In this document: positions 41,613-55,039 of the stretch, piece by piece
How the letters are laid out: every line of letters begins with the position of its first letter
How positions within the stretch are numbered: position 1 is the first letter of the stretch
From: Octopus sinensis
Lineage: Eukaryota
Reading direction: 5' to 3'
Assembly (NCBI RefSeq): GCF_006345805.1
Contig: NC_043005.1
Location: 26,102,001 to 26,166,000, forward strand
Length of the DNA: 64,000 nucleotides
Notes under the pieces: model-generated
The model's input: only the letters and a program-made list of their open reading frames with translations
Databases searched by the model: none
Told to the model about the DNA's origin: nothing
Position numbers and translations under genes: made by a program

Positions 41613-42150
41613 CAATGACGACAATAGTGATAATGTAACTCATAATAATGTCTACATTGCTTATAGTAGTAGTAGTAGTAGTAGCAGCAGCAGCTGCTGC
41701 AGCAATAGTAGTAGTAGTATTAGTACTAGTAGTAGTAGTAGTAGATTGAACATCACTTGCAACAGGTGACATTGCAGTTTTCCGTTTCACCGCCAGTTAT
41801 TGTTGTTTCTGTTGTTGTTGTTGTTGTTGCCATTGCTGTCGTCGTCGTCGTCGTCATAATCCTTGTTGTTGTTGCTGCTGTTGCTGTTGCTGTTGTTGTT
41901 GTTGTTGTTGTTGTTGCAATTGCAGTTGCAGTTGTTGTTTCTGTTATTGATGTTATCATTGCCATCGTTGTTGTTGTTGTTGTTGTTGCTATAGTCTTCA
42001 TCGTTGTTGTTGTCGTCGTCTTCATAATCGCTGTTGTTGTTGTTGTTGTTGTTGTTGTTCTTCTTCTTCTTCTTCTTTCTTCTTCTTCTTCTTCTTCTTC
42101 TTGTTCCTGTTCTTGTTGTTGCTGTTGCCTGTTTTGCTTGTTTACCGATG
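40605..42150. repeat. Mosaic trinucleotide microsatellite field (GGT/GAT/GTT/GCT/TAG); similar fields at 27890-28450 and 46520-47760
   Basis: Direct reading. Confidence 0.9.
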
Positions 42151-43103
42151 TTGATGTTGCCTTTGATAAAAGAGTCGATAACAGAAGCCACCCGTTTTCT
42201 CTTTTTTTTTTTTTTGTTTTTGTTTTTGACGGGTGTCCTCGTCGCACCCCCGCCTCGTTCCCACACCCGAGCCCAAAAGCTCGTCACCCGAAACACATCG
42301 TTAAACCTGTCCAACCGAACCCAACAACGTTGCATCTGTACAGGAAACAAGAAAGAAAGAAAGAAAGAAAGAAAGAAAACAAAAACACACAAACAAACAA
42401 ACAAACAAACAAAGCTTGTAACGACTGAAGGGTGTGTGTGGGGTGGTGGCGTGGATGGGGTAAGGGGCGTTGGTGGGGTGGGATGAGGGGTGTGGGCTGG
42501 GGAAAGACACACCAATCTCTGCCAAATGGAAATCGTTTTCTCAGTGGAACAATTCATCAACCATGCAATCCCGTGAAGCTTACAACGTGTGTGAGTGTGT
42601 GTGTGTATGTGTATGTATTTGTGAGTTTGTGTCTATGAGTATTTGCGTATTTGTGTGTGTATTTGTCAGTGTGCGTGTGTGTTTGTGTGTATGTATTTGT
42701 GTGTTTGTGTGTGTGTGTATTTGTGAGTGTGTGTGTATTTATGTGTGTGTGTATTTGTGCATGTGTTTGTGAGTGTGTGTGTATTTATGTGTGTGTGTAT
42801 TTGTGCATGTGTTTGTGAGTGTGTGTGTATTTATGTGTGTGTGTATTTGTGCATGTGTTTGTGAGTGTGTGTGTATTTATGTGTGTGTGTATTTGTGCAT
42901 GTGTTTGTGTGTGTGTGTGTATTTATGTATACGTTGTGTGTTTGTATGTGTGTATTTTTGTGTGTGCTTATGTGTATTTGTGTGTTTGTGTATGTGTGTT
43001 TTGTGCGTGTTTGTGTGTGTGTTTTTGTATGTGTGTATTTGTGTGTGTGTGTTTGTGTGTGTGCTTGTGTGTATTTGTGCGTGTGTGCTTTGTGTATTTC
43101 TGT

Positions 43104-43135
<32 letters not shown>

Positions 43136-44079
43136 ACGTATATCACAGGGTTTGCAAGCTCTTTTCCCTACAAAACCGCAAGCGATTCTTTTAATCATTT
43201 CCTAAAAGAATTGCCGAGCCTGTGTAGTAAAAAGCTTACTACCAAACTACATGGTTCCGAGTTCAGTCCCACTGCATGGCACCCTAACCAACCGTTTTCT
43301 GTTAAAGGCTCGGACCGACCACAGCCGTGTGAGTGGATTTGTAGACGGAAATGTGCGTGTGTGCGAACGTGCTGCGTGTGTGTGTGAGTGCGTGTTTGAA
43401 GCTCTGATGAACCTGGAAGGTGTTACTCAGGCACACAATTATGAGCACACCACACCTTATAGCAGAAACAGCTGTGTGAATCTCATAAGACAATCGTTTA
43501 TTTCTTCGTCATCTCGTGAGGGGTCAGTGAACTAAAGCGATACTCATGTTCCATGGACATGAGTGTGTCTCTTGAGGCCTACAAACCTTTTGGCAAATGG
43601 AGCAAGTTGAGGACTCAGGGCAAGTTGAGGACGCGTTCGCCACCACAACCTCGTTTAGGCTTAGCAGCCCTTCCTGTTTGTTTTCACTGACCTGTCAGTG
43701 TTATCTATTTTGACCCACTGCAAAATCCAAAATTTTATTTAGTTTGCTCTGCGGGAGCAGCTGTTTTATCGAAAGCGTATATTGTTGTCAAGTGCTTGAA
43801 ATACGAGAGAAGTAAAACAGCCAACAACTGATGAAGGATCATTCTTTATGTTACTTGTCTTGTTTTCCATTTGTGTTTTTCGTTGTTCGAAAGAATAGTT
43901 CATATTCCATGTACTCGTGCTTCGTATTTTCTTGCTTTGTACACGTTACGTGACGTACTCTGCACACATATGCTTATATATATACGTATAGCTGTAAATA
44001 TGTACCTATACGTATGTATATATGCATTTTCCTTTGTTCTAGTTTCAGCTCAGAGCTGCGGCCATGCTGATGCACCACC

Positions 44080-44142
<63 letters not shown>

Positions 44143-44547
44143 ACATATATATATTGTATTTCGGAATGGTCATTTTGCCAGTTTAGTCAATAAAAACACA
44201 CGCATTATATTATTGGCTAAACTGGCAAAATGACCATTCTGAAATACAACAAAATCTGTTTCAACACACGACTTCACATAAAAATTCTTGCACATCAAAT
44301 ATATATATTATTATATGATTGAGCGCCACGCATCCTCTTCCAAATAAGTTTTATCTATCTATCATCGAACACCATCCTTCACGAAAAGCCGCTCCGACAA
44401 AGGTGGAAAGTGGAAAGATGATTACAATGGCGGTGCTCCAGCATAGCCACAGTCATTGGACTGAAACATATAAAAGAATAAAAGAATGAAAGAATATATA
44501 TATATGTATATATATATATATTATATATATATTATATATATATATAT

Positions 44548-45149
44548 AAGGGTGAAAAAATTGAATATTAATTAGTAACATCAATTCAAACACCAAGTGG
44601 CCTAGCGTATAAAAGACTGGGATACAGTAAAAATTATTAATACAAAACAATACGAGAGAGTCCACTATGTGGACGCTCTAACGCTAGATATAGATCCGCA
44701 AATGGAATCCGCCACCAAAGAATTGTTCTCAAGAATTAATTCAACGCGCCAAGAACGTAAGCGAGCAAGGCAAATAAAAAATAACGAAAAATAGATTAAC
44801 TCTATACAATTGTTTCATCGTTAATAGATTATGTAATGTTGCTTACATAAGTATTTTCAAATCGTCAGTAGAGTACATCAGAATATAATTTGTCGAACCG
44901 AACGGCAAAATCCACACGATGTTGAACAGAGACGAACGGTACAGCCGATTATATTCAGAGTTACATTCGAATGCCCTCATTCTGGCGCGCTAAATCTCCG
45001 GATGTAAATACTGCCTAAGTAATTTACTGCCGGTTTGAGAACATATTAATTTAAATTAAAGTCAAAATAAGGGTGAAAAAATTGAATATCAATTAGTAAC
45101 ATCAATTCAAACACCAAGTGGCCTAGCGTATAAAAGACTGGGATACAGT
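44548..45149 (-). mobile_element. Retrozyme/pLTR-like monomer: 521-bp unit with 81-bp terminal redundancy
   Basis: 44548-44628 repeated at 45069-45149; contains an HHR; abuts (TA)n. Confidence 0.7.
44799..44874 (-). ncRNA. Type I hammerhead ribozyme motif, long stem II
   Basis: ACTCTA-CTGACGA-[45 nt incl. TTATGTAA/TTACATAA hairpin]-GAAA-CAATTG-T-A-TAGAGT; 6-bp stem I, palindromic ACAATTGT, GUA cleavage triplet. Confidence 0.75.
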
Positions 45150-46070
45150 GTGTCCCAGATAATCTGCCTGATCGTGAAATTTTCATCTTCTACATCATGA
45201 CACACTCTCTCTTAAAGCAACTTTGGCAGAACCAGTTTTATCTATCTATCATCGAACACCATCCTTCACCAAATGCCGCTCTTGGCCTCCTATTTTACAT
45301 CCACGGTTGTCTCTCATCCTCGAGAAAATTCACGGAAACAATATCGTTGCACATGATGTCACCAAAGCATTGTTTAGAATTAAATGCAAGAACTAATCTC
45401 AATGGGCAAAACTGATAAAGCATCGGAAGAAATGCCATGCGTTATTTCGTCCGGCTTTCTATGTTCTGAGTTCAAATATACCAGAGTCGACTCTGCCTAT
45501 CATTATTTCGGGATCGATAACTGAATTACTAATTAAGTATCAGAGTGAATACGTTTGGCATAATGATTACGGTGTTATGTTGACAATCGTAAGATCGTGG
45601 TTTCAATTCTCGGACCAGGCTGTGTATTGTGTTCTTGAGCAAGGCACTTCATTTCACGTTGTTTCAATCCACTCATCAGTAAATAAATAACCTTGTGATG
45701 GACTGGCGTTCCGTTCTGGGGGGGGGGGAGGAATGTTGTGATCTTCAGCATTTATTGCTATGGAAACCGAGTAACAGGCCCTATGTTAATCGAGTTAGTA
45801 ACGTCCAATGGACTGAGGTCAATGGTAAAGACTAACCTCCTTCCCTGAAAACTCCTTTGTACTTAAATAAGAAATCATCGATAAAGAGAGAGAGGCTATA
45901 ATGGGATATGGAGGCTATAATGGGATGTGGAGGCTATAATGCATCAGTTTGAGAATCACTGGTGGCATATAAAGTAGTGTCAATAATCTTTCGCTAATTG
46001 TTCTACGAAATTTTTGTTTATTATTTACCTTATTTACATTATTTACATTTGACGGATATTTGTCCTCATC

Positions 46071-46161
46071 TACAGGCATATGGCATAGTGGTTAAGAGCG
46101 TGGGCTACTAACCCCAAGATACCGAGATCTATTCCAGGCAGTGACCTTAATAATAATAATA

Positions 46162-46194
<33 letters not shown>

Positions 46195-46400
46195 TTATTA
46201 TTATTATTATTATTATAACATGGAAAAATACCTTAGGAATGAGAACCCAGGTTCGAAATTTCCCCCAAGGCACCTGATGAAGGCTGGAGGATATATCAGC
46301 TGAAACTTTATGTTGACAACAAACAAGATGAAGACAAGGATCCGTCAAATGTAAATAATATAAATAAGATAAATAATGTACATAATTCCTCATCGCTTAA
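46071..46400 (+). mobile_element. tRNA-headed SINE-like element with (TAA)n linker and HHR-bearing Penelope-like tail
   Basis: A box TGGCATAGTGG (46081), degenerate B box (~46124-46135); GGCAC-CTGATGA-A-GGCTG(GAGGATATAT)CAGCT-GAAA-CTTT-ATGTT at 46269-46315. Confidence 0.6.
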
Positions 46401-46589
46401 ATTTGGAACTGAATTTTTTTTTTGTTAATTAGTCTAATCAACATATGATGTCCCTGCGTCGTATGCAACGTGGAGGAACGAACAAAACCAGACGTCAGTT
46501 GGTGAGGCTTTCATTGTTGGTGTCTGTTGTAGCTGTTGCAGTTATTGTCGTCGACATCGTTGTTACTGTTAGTAAGAATGTTGTTGTTT

Positions 46590-46624
<35 letters not shown>

Positions 46625-46933
46625 GGTGGTGGTGGTGTGGTGGTGGTGATGCGGTTGCACGTAATGCAGCTCCTTTCAATTATTGCGATTGTGAAGCTGT
46701 AGTTGTTCTGTTGTTGTTGCTATGTTGTTGTGGTGGTGGTGGTTGTGGTTTTTGTTGTTGTTGTTGTTGCTGTTGTTGTTGCGGTGGCTCAGGAAGCCAT
46801 ATCAATGAAAACATCAATTTTATCAACAACAATAACATCAACCACAACATACATGAAGCAAATAAAGCGAAAGAAATATTGTGGATTCGAGTTAATATCA
46901 TTGCAACTGTAACAGCTGCAATATCATAATCAG

Positions 46934-46985
<52 letters not shown>

Positions 46986-47766
46986 GACATCATCATCGAC
47001 ATCATCATCATCGACATCATCATCGTCATCATCATCATTATCATCATCATTATCATCATCATCATCGTCATCGTCATCATCGTCGTTGTCATCATCATCA
47101 TCGTCATCATCATCATCATCATCAACATCAGCATCGACATCATCAACATCATCGACATCATCATCATCATCATCATCATCGTCATCAACATCATCATCAT
47201 CATCGTCCTCATTGTAATCATCATAATCATCATCATCATCATCGTCCTTATTGTAATCATCATCATCACATTAACATCTTCGTCGTCATCGTCATCGTCG
47301 TCGTCATCAACACCATCGCCATAATCGTTGGATCCCACCATACTATCATCAGTCTCATCACCCATTGCAGCAGCAGCAACATGATCAAAACCATCACCGC
47401 CACCGCTGCCGCCACTACCACTACCACCACCAACAACACCAACACCATCTTTATCATCATCATCATCATCATCGTCGTCGTCGTAGTCGTCGTAGTCGTC
47501 GTCGCCGTCGACGTCAGCATCGTCTTCTTCGTCATCGTCGTCATCGTCGTCATCGTCATCATCGTCTTCATATTCAACCAACATCCACATCGTCATAAAC
47601 ACCCTTTCTCTCATCAACATCATCATCATAATCCTAATTGTCACCATCGTCGTCATCAACTTTCGTCACCAGCCTCCCTTTCATCACCGTCAGCAACTGC
47701 AGTGGAAGCATCATCGTCATATGCAAAAAAAAAAGAAAAAGATGACGGCAACTGTCACACACACAC

Positions 47767-47799
<33 letters not shown>

Positions 47800-47914
47800 C
47801 ACACGTACACAACACACTCACATACACACACATATATACACACTCGTATACAGATTGTGTTCTGAGGCATCCACCGTACAATACTTCATAAATGCAAATA
47901 TAATCTCGTTGTAG

Positions 47915-47976
47915 ATCAGAGCAATGAAAACCCATGGCAAATCATTGACCTTAGAGATTTCACGCCGGTCACGTGA
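47915..47976 (+). CDS. Candidate phase-1 terminal exon (DQSNENPWQIIDLRDFTPVT*)
   Basis: TCTCGTTGTAG acceptor, in phase with the 40524-40598 candidate, AATAAA ~150 nt after the stop; no homolog recognised. Confidence 0.2.
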
Positions 47977-48392
47977 TCATATCGATGATTCTTTTGTCAA
48001 GAAGAGGAGTCGGAGGCGCAGGAGGAGGAAGAGGTGTTGACCATGATGGTGGATTGTTGCTTGGTGTGGGAGAAAACATAGTGTACAGATAGTTCATTAT
48101 CATATGGAGTTGTTAACCTTGGTCATACAATAAACAATTATGGGTTTTGTTGTTGGTGCTGTTGTTGTTGATGGTGTAGTTGTTAGCAGTAGTGTTGTGG
48201 TGGTGGTGGTGTTGGTGGTGTTAGTGGTGGTGGTGGTGGTGGTGGTGGTGGTGGTGGTGGTGGTGGCGGCGGCGGTAGTGGTGGTGGTGGTTTTGGTGTT
48301 TAGCCCGAGGTTGGCAGTGAGCGCACAAATTAACGATGGTGATAACAAATGGATTTCCAGCTGCGATTATCTCATGTTATACACGCTCACAC

Positions 48393-48436
<44 letters not shown>

Positions 48437-48642
48437 AACACACATGCATATATATATATATATATATAGCAAACACATATGTTCACACATATATGACACA
48501 AATATATGTATATATGTATACTCATATATGCACATATATATATATATATATGTTAACATATATGTACATATATATAGGTATATGTACATAAATATGCACG
48601 CACACACGCACACACACATATTTACGGACACACACATATGTA

Positions 48643-49170
48643 CGAGGGATTACTCAAAAATAACGGAAACGTTCCCTGTGGTACAAGCCCGTTGTAGTTC
48701 TGGCTTCCGCTCCCAAAAGTCACTTGACGTGACCCTCAGGCATCAGTCTGCCGACCGGAGTCATCGGTGTGACTTTGCTTTCCAGTGCTTCTTCCCTTTT
48801 CGTTGATTTTTTGCGATGGCTGAAAGGAAAGAACAGCGTGTTTCCGTGAAATTCTGCTTTCTGCAGGGGGAAAATGTGGCCGAAACAGTTGTCCTGCTCC
48901 AAACAGCTTACAAAGCCGGTGCCATGAGTAAAACATAAGTTTATCAGTGATTTCAATGCTTTTGGAATGGTCCCTTGTCGCTTGAAGACCAACCTCGTTG
49001 AGGACAGCCGTCGACCTCCCGAACAAATGAAAACATCACGAAAACTCGTAAACTGATCTCTGAGGACCGTCGCCGAACAATTGACGAACTTGTTGATATG
49101 ATTGCTGTGTTCTGGAGCTCCTACCAAAAGATCTGAGCGACGAAATTGCGAAGAAAAAGAGTTGCAGGAC
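48643..49170 (+). mobile_element. mariner 5' fragment (TIR + HTH region), pseudogene
   Basis: TA-CGAGGG start; ATG 48816 MAERKEQRVSVKFCFLQG.NVAETVVLLQTAY...LEDQPR*GQPSTSRTNENI...EDRRRTIDEL with stops. Confidence 0.85.
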
Positions 49171-49287
49171 AATTATGTTTTTCTACCTCTCTAACTTCCT
49201 CTCAGTTTATTCATTTGTCTCATATATTATCACACTTTCCACTAGCACACACACTCACAAGTATACACCCATGCACACACAGATACA

Positions 49288-49319
<32 letters not shown>

Positions 49320-49547
49320 TTCATTATATATTCCATTGTTGAAACGGAAGCCATTCTCTCTCCTTTTCTGTTTCGTATTTCACACTCAAGCGCCCCATTG
49401 AAAGCCTTGGCAAGATGTAAGATTTAATAACTTTAGGTCAAAGTTCACGAAACCTTATTTCTCTAATGCACACACACGCACTCACGCAAACATACATATA
49501 TATGTATATACAAATATATATCTGTATAAATAGAGATATGTATCTGT

Positions 49548-49638
<91 letters not shown>

Positions 49639-50301
49639 TGTTGCTATACACACATACACACACATATATCTATATGTTTCTATATATACGCGCGCCTTCG
49701 CACACATATATACACATATATGTACGTTTCAATACACACACACACACATACACATTTAGGCGTGTATATGATTTTTGATACTGGAATATCATCGATCATA
49801 GTTTTGCTAGCTCACTTGTTATTAAGAAACTGAGAGATGAAGATTTGCACCTCGATGAGGCATCGGTCTGATAGGCCCAAAAGTTGCGGAGGTGGACTGT
49901 TCGACAACCATAGAAGGTTATCGAAGGAATTAGGGTTTGGATCTAAGTTATTTTGCGTGAATGTCTGTTTTCTTATCGACGAAATAGTTTGCTCTGTCGC
50001 AAAAGATATAAATAAAATGTCTGATGTATTCGTATGTACATACTCACACAAACACACACACACACACACAAACGATGGATCTGTTAGTGAGTATTTGTGT
50101 GTGTGTGTGTGCGTGTGTGAGTGACAGAGAGAGAGTGAGAGTGAGAGAGGAGCGTGTGTGTGAGTGAGAGTATTGAACGGACATATATCTATGCATATAT
50201 AAATTTGTGTATACATATATATATATATGTACATGTATATATATATACATATATATATACATATACACATATATATATATATATATATGTATGTGTGTAT
50301 G

Positions 50302-50332
<31 letters not shown>

Positions 50333-50339
50333 GTTTGTG

Positions 50340-51052
50340 TGTTTGTGCTTTTTTGTCCCCCACCATCACTTGACAACCGATGCTGGTATGTTTACGTCCC
50401 CGTCACTTAGCGGGTCGGCAAAAGATTACGATATAATAAGTACTAGGCTTACAAAGAATAAGTCTTGGGGTGGATTTGCTAGACTAAAGGTGATACACAA
50501 GCATGGCCGCAACCAAGATGACTGAAACAAATAAAAGAATAAAAGAATGTGTGATTTTTTTTACTCTTTCGCTAATATTCTTTTATTCTGTTATTTGTTT
50601 CAGTCATTTGACTGTGGCCATGCTGGAGGACCACCTTTTAGTCGAGCAAATCCACCTCAGAACTTATTCTTTCTAAGCCTAGTACTTATTCCACCGGTCT
50701 CTTTTGTCGTACCGCAAGTTTCGGGGACGTAAACACACCAAAATCAGTCGTCGAGCGATGGTGGGAGCGACAAACACACACACTGAAACATACACACAAA
50801 CTTACATAAATATATATATATATATATATATATATTTCTTTACTACCCACAAGGGGCTAAACACAGAGAGGACAAACAAACGGATTAAGTCGATTATATC
50901 GACCCCAGTGCGTAACTGGTACTTATTTAATCGACCCCGAAAGGATGAAAGGTAAAGTCGACCTCGGCGGAATTTGAACTCACAACGTAGCGGCAGACGA
51001 AATACGGCTACGCATTTCGCCCGGCGTGCTAACGTCTCTGCCAGCTCGCCGC
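50340..51052. mobile_element. SINE cluster: family A tails (50340-50545 +, 50585-50790 -) and family B copy (50840-51052 -)
   Basis: Match to other copies in the window. Confidence 0.75.
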
Positions 51053-51054
51053 CT

Positions 51055-51377
51055 GTATGTGTGTATGTATAGATGTTTTTATGTTATGTATGTATGTAGG
51101 AGTGGCTGTGTGGTAAGTAGCTTGTTTACCGACCACATAGATCCAGGTTTCAATCCCTCTGCGTGGCACCTTGGGCAAGTGTCTTCTACTATAGCCTCGA
51201 GCCGACCAAATCCTTGTGAGTGGATTTGGTAGCCGGAAACTGAAAGAAGACACTTGCCCAAGGTGCCACGCAGAGGGACTGAAACCTGGATCTATGTGGT
51301 TGGTAAACAAGCTACTTACCACACAGCCACTCCTACATACATACATAACATAAAAACATCTATACATACACACATAC
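51055..51377. repeat. Inverted duplication (133-bp arms) of a SINE A head plus its flank
   Basis: 51055-51187 is the near-perfect reverse complement of 51245-51377, including flanking microsatellite and private variants. Confidence 0.85.
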
Positions 51378-51408
51378 TTACACACACAGAGACACACACA
51401 CACATACA

Positions 51409-51442
<34 letters not shown>

Positions 51443-52039
51443 AATTCCATTTTTGATGTTGAAATTCCAATGAAGGAACCTTGGTTCTAGATTAGAAACC
51501 GGCTCTTTCTCTATTGGCAAAAAATCTTGAACTAAAACTGAATAATGACATACATACCTACAAACATACATACATAGACACACACACATACATACATACA
51601 TACACACATACACATATATACATACATACATACACACATACATACATACATACATACATACATACATACATACATACATACATACATACATACATGGTGG
51701 CTGCCCCCTCGTTATCGAGTATGGCCATTGCCCGAAGCTTAATCAATGTTGTTATCGTGCAATGCCTGTGCAAGATTTTTTTTAAGTGAGGAAACGCTGT
51801 GCACTGAGTCAATCCCACTCACTAAGCAACAGCATCCATAATCCGAAAAGATGAACAAGTCAACATCATCGGTAACCACTGAGCCGCAGGTTTTATGTCG
51901 GAGTTATCCCAGTTACCTGAGTTACCATCTCCTAGAAGGATGCCCTAACAGAATAACAAAAAAGAATACCAAGAGACAAAGTTGACCATATTAAGACCGA
52001 TGGGTCAAAAGAATGTTAGTGGAACTTAAAAATTAGAAG

Positions 52040-52390
52040 GGCGACAAATTAAAACACAGCTTGGCCAGATATTGTTATGCGGAACCACAAGGAAAGGATA
52101 TGTTCGGCTGTGGAAATCAGATGCCCTTTGGACGCCAATGTGGATAGAAAAATACAAGTGGAAGAAGGCATCTGTGGACCATTGATAAGGAATTTGCAAA
52201 TCCAGTGCACAAGATACAGTTTCAGCTTCATAGCTATTATTATTGGAGCAAAAGGATACATACCAGCCCGACTGGAACCGCTGAAATTGGGATCTTAAGG
52301 AGATTACGCATATACTTTATTTATACACTAAAAATGATGACGATAACTGGGATTTAAAAGATTTGCAAAACTTTAAGATTTAAAGGATAA
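52040..52390 (+). mobile_element. RLE-type non-LTR retrotransposon C-terminus (R4/Dong-like)
   Basis: PDIVMRNHKERICSAVEIRCPLDANVDRKIQVEEGICGPLIRNLQ...IIIGAKGYIP...KICKTLRF: PD-(D/E) restriction-like endonuclease pattern. Confidence 0.65.
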
Positions 52391-52391
52391 T

Positions 52392-52790
52392 CTTTTCTCT
52401 CCTAGGCAAAAAGCCCGGAAGTTTTGGAGAGGAGACCAGTCGATTACATTGACCCTAGTACGCAAACTGGTACTGAATTTATCGACCCGGAAAGGATGAA
52501 AGGCAAAGTCGACCCTGGTGGAATTTGAACTCAGAACGTAAAGACAGATGAAATACCTATTTCTTTACTACCCACAAGGGGTTAAACAGAGGGGACAAAC
52601 AAAGACAGACAAACGGATTAAGTCGATTATATCGACCCAGTGAGTAACTGGTACTTATTTAATCGACCACGAAAGGATGAAAGGCAAAGTCAACCTTGGT
52701 GGAATTTGAACTCAGAACGTAAAGACAGATGAAATACCGCTAACCATTTCGCCCGGCGTGCTAACGTTACTGCCAACTCACCCGCTTATG
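52392..52790 (-). mobile_element. SINE family B with internal tandem duplication and 15-bp TSD
   Basis: GATTTAAAGGATAAT at 52377-52391 and 52791-52805; the GACCC...GGAATTTGAACTCAGAACG block occurs twice. Confidence 0.8.
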
Positions 52791-52899
52791 GATTTAAAGG
52801 ATAATGAACAAAGCAAGATGCATTCCTTCATAACCTTGTTACCATGTCGGTGGCCGGTCAAAATTTAATTTTAATTAAAAAGAGAAAAAGAACATACAT

Positions 52900-52960
52900 G
52901 CAAACACACACGTACATACATACATACACACGTACATACATACATACATACATACATACA

Positions 52961-52993
<33 letters not shown>

Positions 52994-54172
52994 GCATACA
53001 TACATACATACATACATACATACATACATACATACATGCATACATACATACATACATACATACATACATACATACATACATACATACATACATGCATACA
53101 TACATACATACATACATACATACATGCATACATACATACATACATACATGCATACATACATACATATACATACATACATACATGCATACATGCATACATG
53201 CATACATACATACATACATACATGCATACATACATACATACATACATACATACATACATACATACATACATGCATGCATGCATACATACATACATACATA
53301 CATACATACATACATACATACATACATACATACAGACATGCATACATACATACATACATACATACATACATGCATACATGCATACATACATACATACATA
53401 CATACATGCATACATACATACATACATACATACATACATACATACATACATACATACATACATGCATGCATGCATACATACTACATACATACCACATACA
53501 TACATACATACATGCACTACATACATACATACATAATACATACATACATACATACATGCATACATGCATACATGCATGCATACATACATACATACATAAA
53601 TACATACATACATACATACATGCATACATACATACATACATGCATACATACATACATACATACATACATACATACATGCATACATACATACATACATACA
53701 TACATACATACATACATACATGCATACATGCATACATGCATACATACATACATACATGCATACATACATACATACATACATACGTACATGCATGCATGCA
53801 TACATACATACATACATACATGCATACATGCATACATGCGTACATACATACATACATGCATACATACATACATACATACATACATACATACATACATACA
53901 TGCATACATACATACATACATACATGCATACATACATACATACATACATACATACATACATGCATACATACATACATAATACATGCTCATACATACATAC
54001 ATACATACATACATACATTACATACATACATACATACATGCATGCATGCAGCATGCATACATACATACATACATTACTACATACAAACATGCATACATAC
54101 ATACATACATACACTACATACATACATACATACATACATACATACATACATACATACATACATGCATGCATA
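52900..54172. repeat. ~1.3-kb (TACA)n/(TGCA) tetranucleotide satellite
   Basis: Direct reading; source of the YVCM/HTYI ORFs. Confidence 0.95.
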
Positions 54173-54180
54173 CACCAAAA

Positions 54181-54345
54181 AGCGGTGAGCTGACAGAAAC
54201 TTTAGCAAGCCGAGCAAAATGCTTGGCAGTATTTTGTCTGTCTTTGCGTTCTGCCTTCATCCTTTCGGGGTCGATAAATTAAGTACCAGTTGCGTACTGG
54301 GGTCGATCTCGGGCCTTGTGCCTAGAGTAGAAAAGAATATTATTC
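54181..54345 (+). mobile_element. SINE family B, diverged
   Basis: GGTGAGCTGACAGAAAC...TTTCGGGGTCGATAAATTAAGTACCAG. Confidence 0.65.
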
Positions 54346-54988
54346 CATATTCTTGTCACCAATTGTCAGTGTATTCTTTTTGTTCCCTTCATTTCTCCTT
54401 TTTCCGTTCTCATTCGGACCATTTTTTTTATAACGAAGGGAGATTGGTACCATTCCAGAACCATTTCTCATAACCAGAGGAAGTTTTCTTTATCGAAAAT
54501 TACTTAGACAATACATCACCATCACCACCACCACTATTGCTCAATTTATCTCGTTTTATTTCATATCTTTCTCTTTCTATTATTCTTTTGTAATTTTCAT
54601 ATTTTTATTATTTTCTTTTAAATTTCTGATGACCTTGATTGACCCTTTATGATGTTTTTTTTTTTTTAATGAAAAATGAAACAAAAGCAACAAATATAAC
54701 GAAATAAAATTATTGCCACCATCAATAACGTTATTACCACCACTACCACCACTGCCACCACACCAACACCACCAACGCCACCATCTCCATCATCACCTTT
54801 ACTACAATCACCGACACCACCACCATCAATACCCCCACCATCATCGTTAAACAACTATCTGCGTCATTGCTACAAATGTTCGCACCAACATCAACATCTG
54901 CCTATTTCTCGCTCTATCACTCACTCAATCAGTCACTCACTCTCTCTTCCTCTCTCTCCTCTCTCTCCCACTCTTCCACTCTGCCTCC

Positions 54989-55026
<38 letters not shown>

Positions 55027-55039
55027 CCATTTTTCTTCC

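Noticed and set aside
40392-42560. Long poly-T/H/D/M/V ORFs, also at 14600-15043, 27815-28515 and 46898-47914
   Set aside because: Trinucleotide microsatellites open in several frames on both strands; no domain content.
43783-43850. Possible type II hammerhead (GAAAGCGTATA-TTGTTG...CAACAA-CTGATGA)
   Set aside because: Stem I is good (6 bp) but stems II and III do not pair convincingly; at best a decayed copy.
52844-54193. ORFs of up to 437 aa (YVCM/HTYI repeats)
   Set aside because: Translations of the (TACA)n satellite; no stop codon can arise in these frames.
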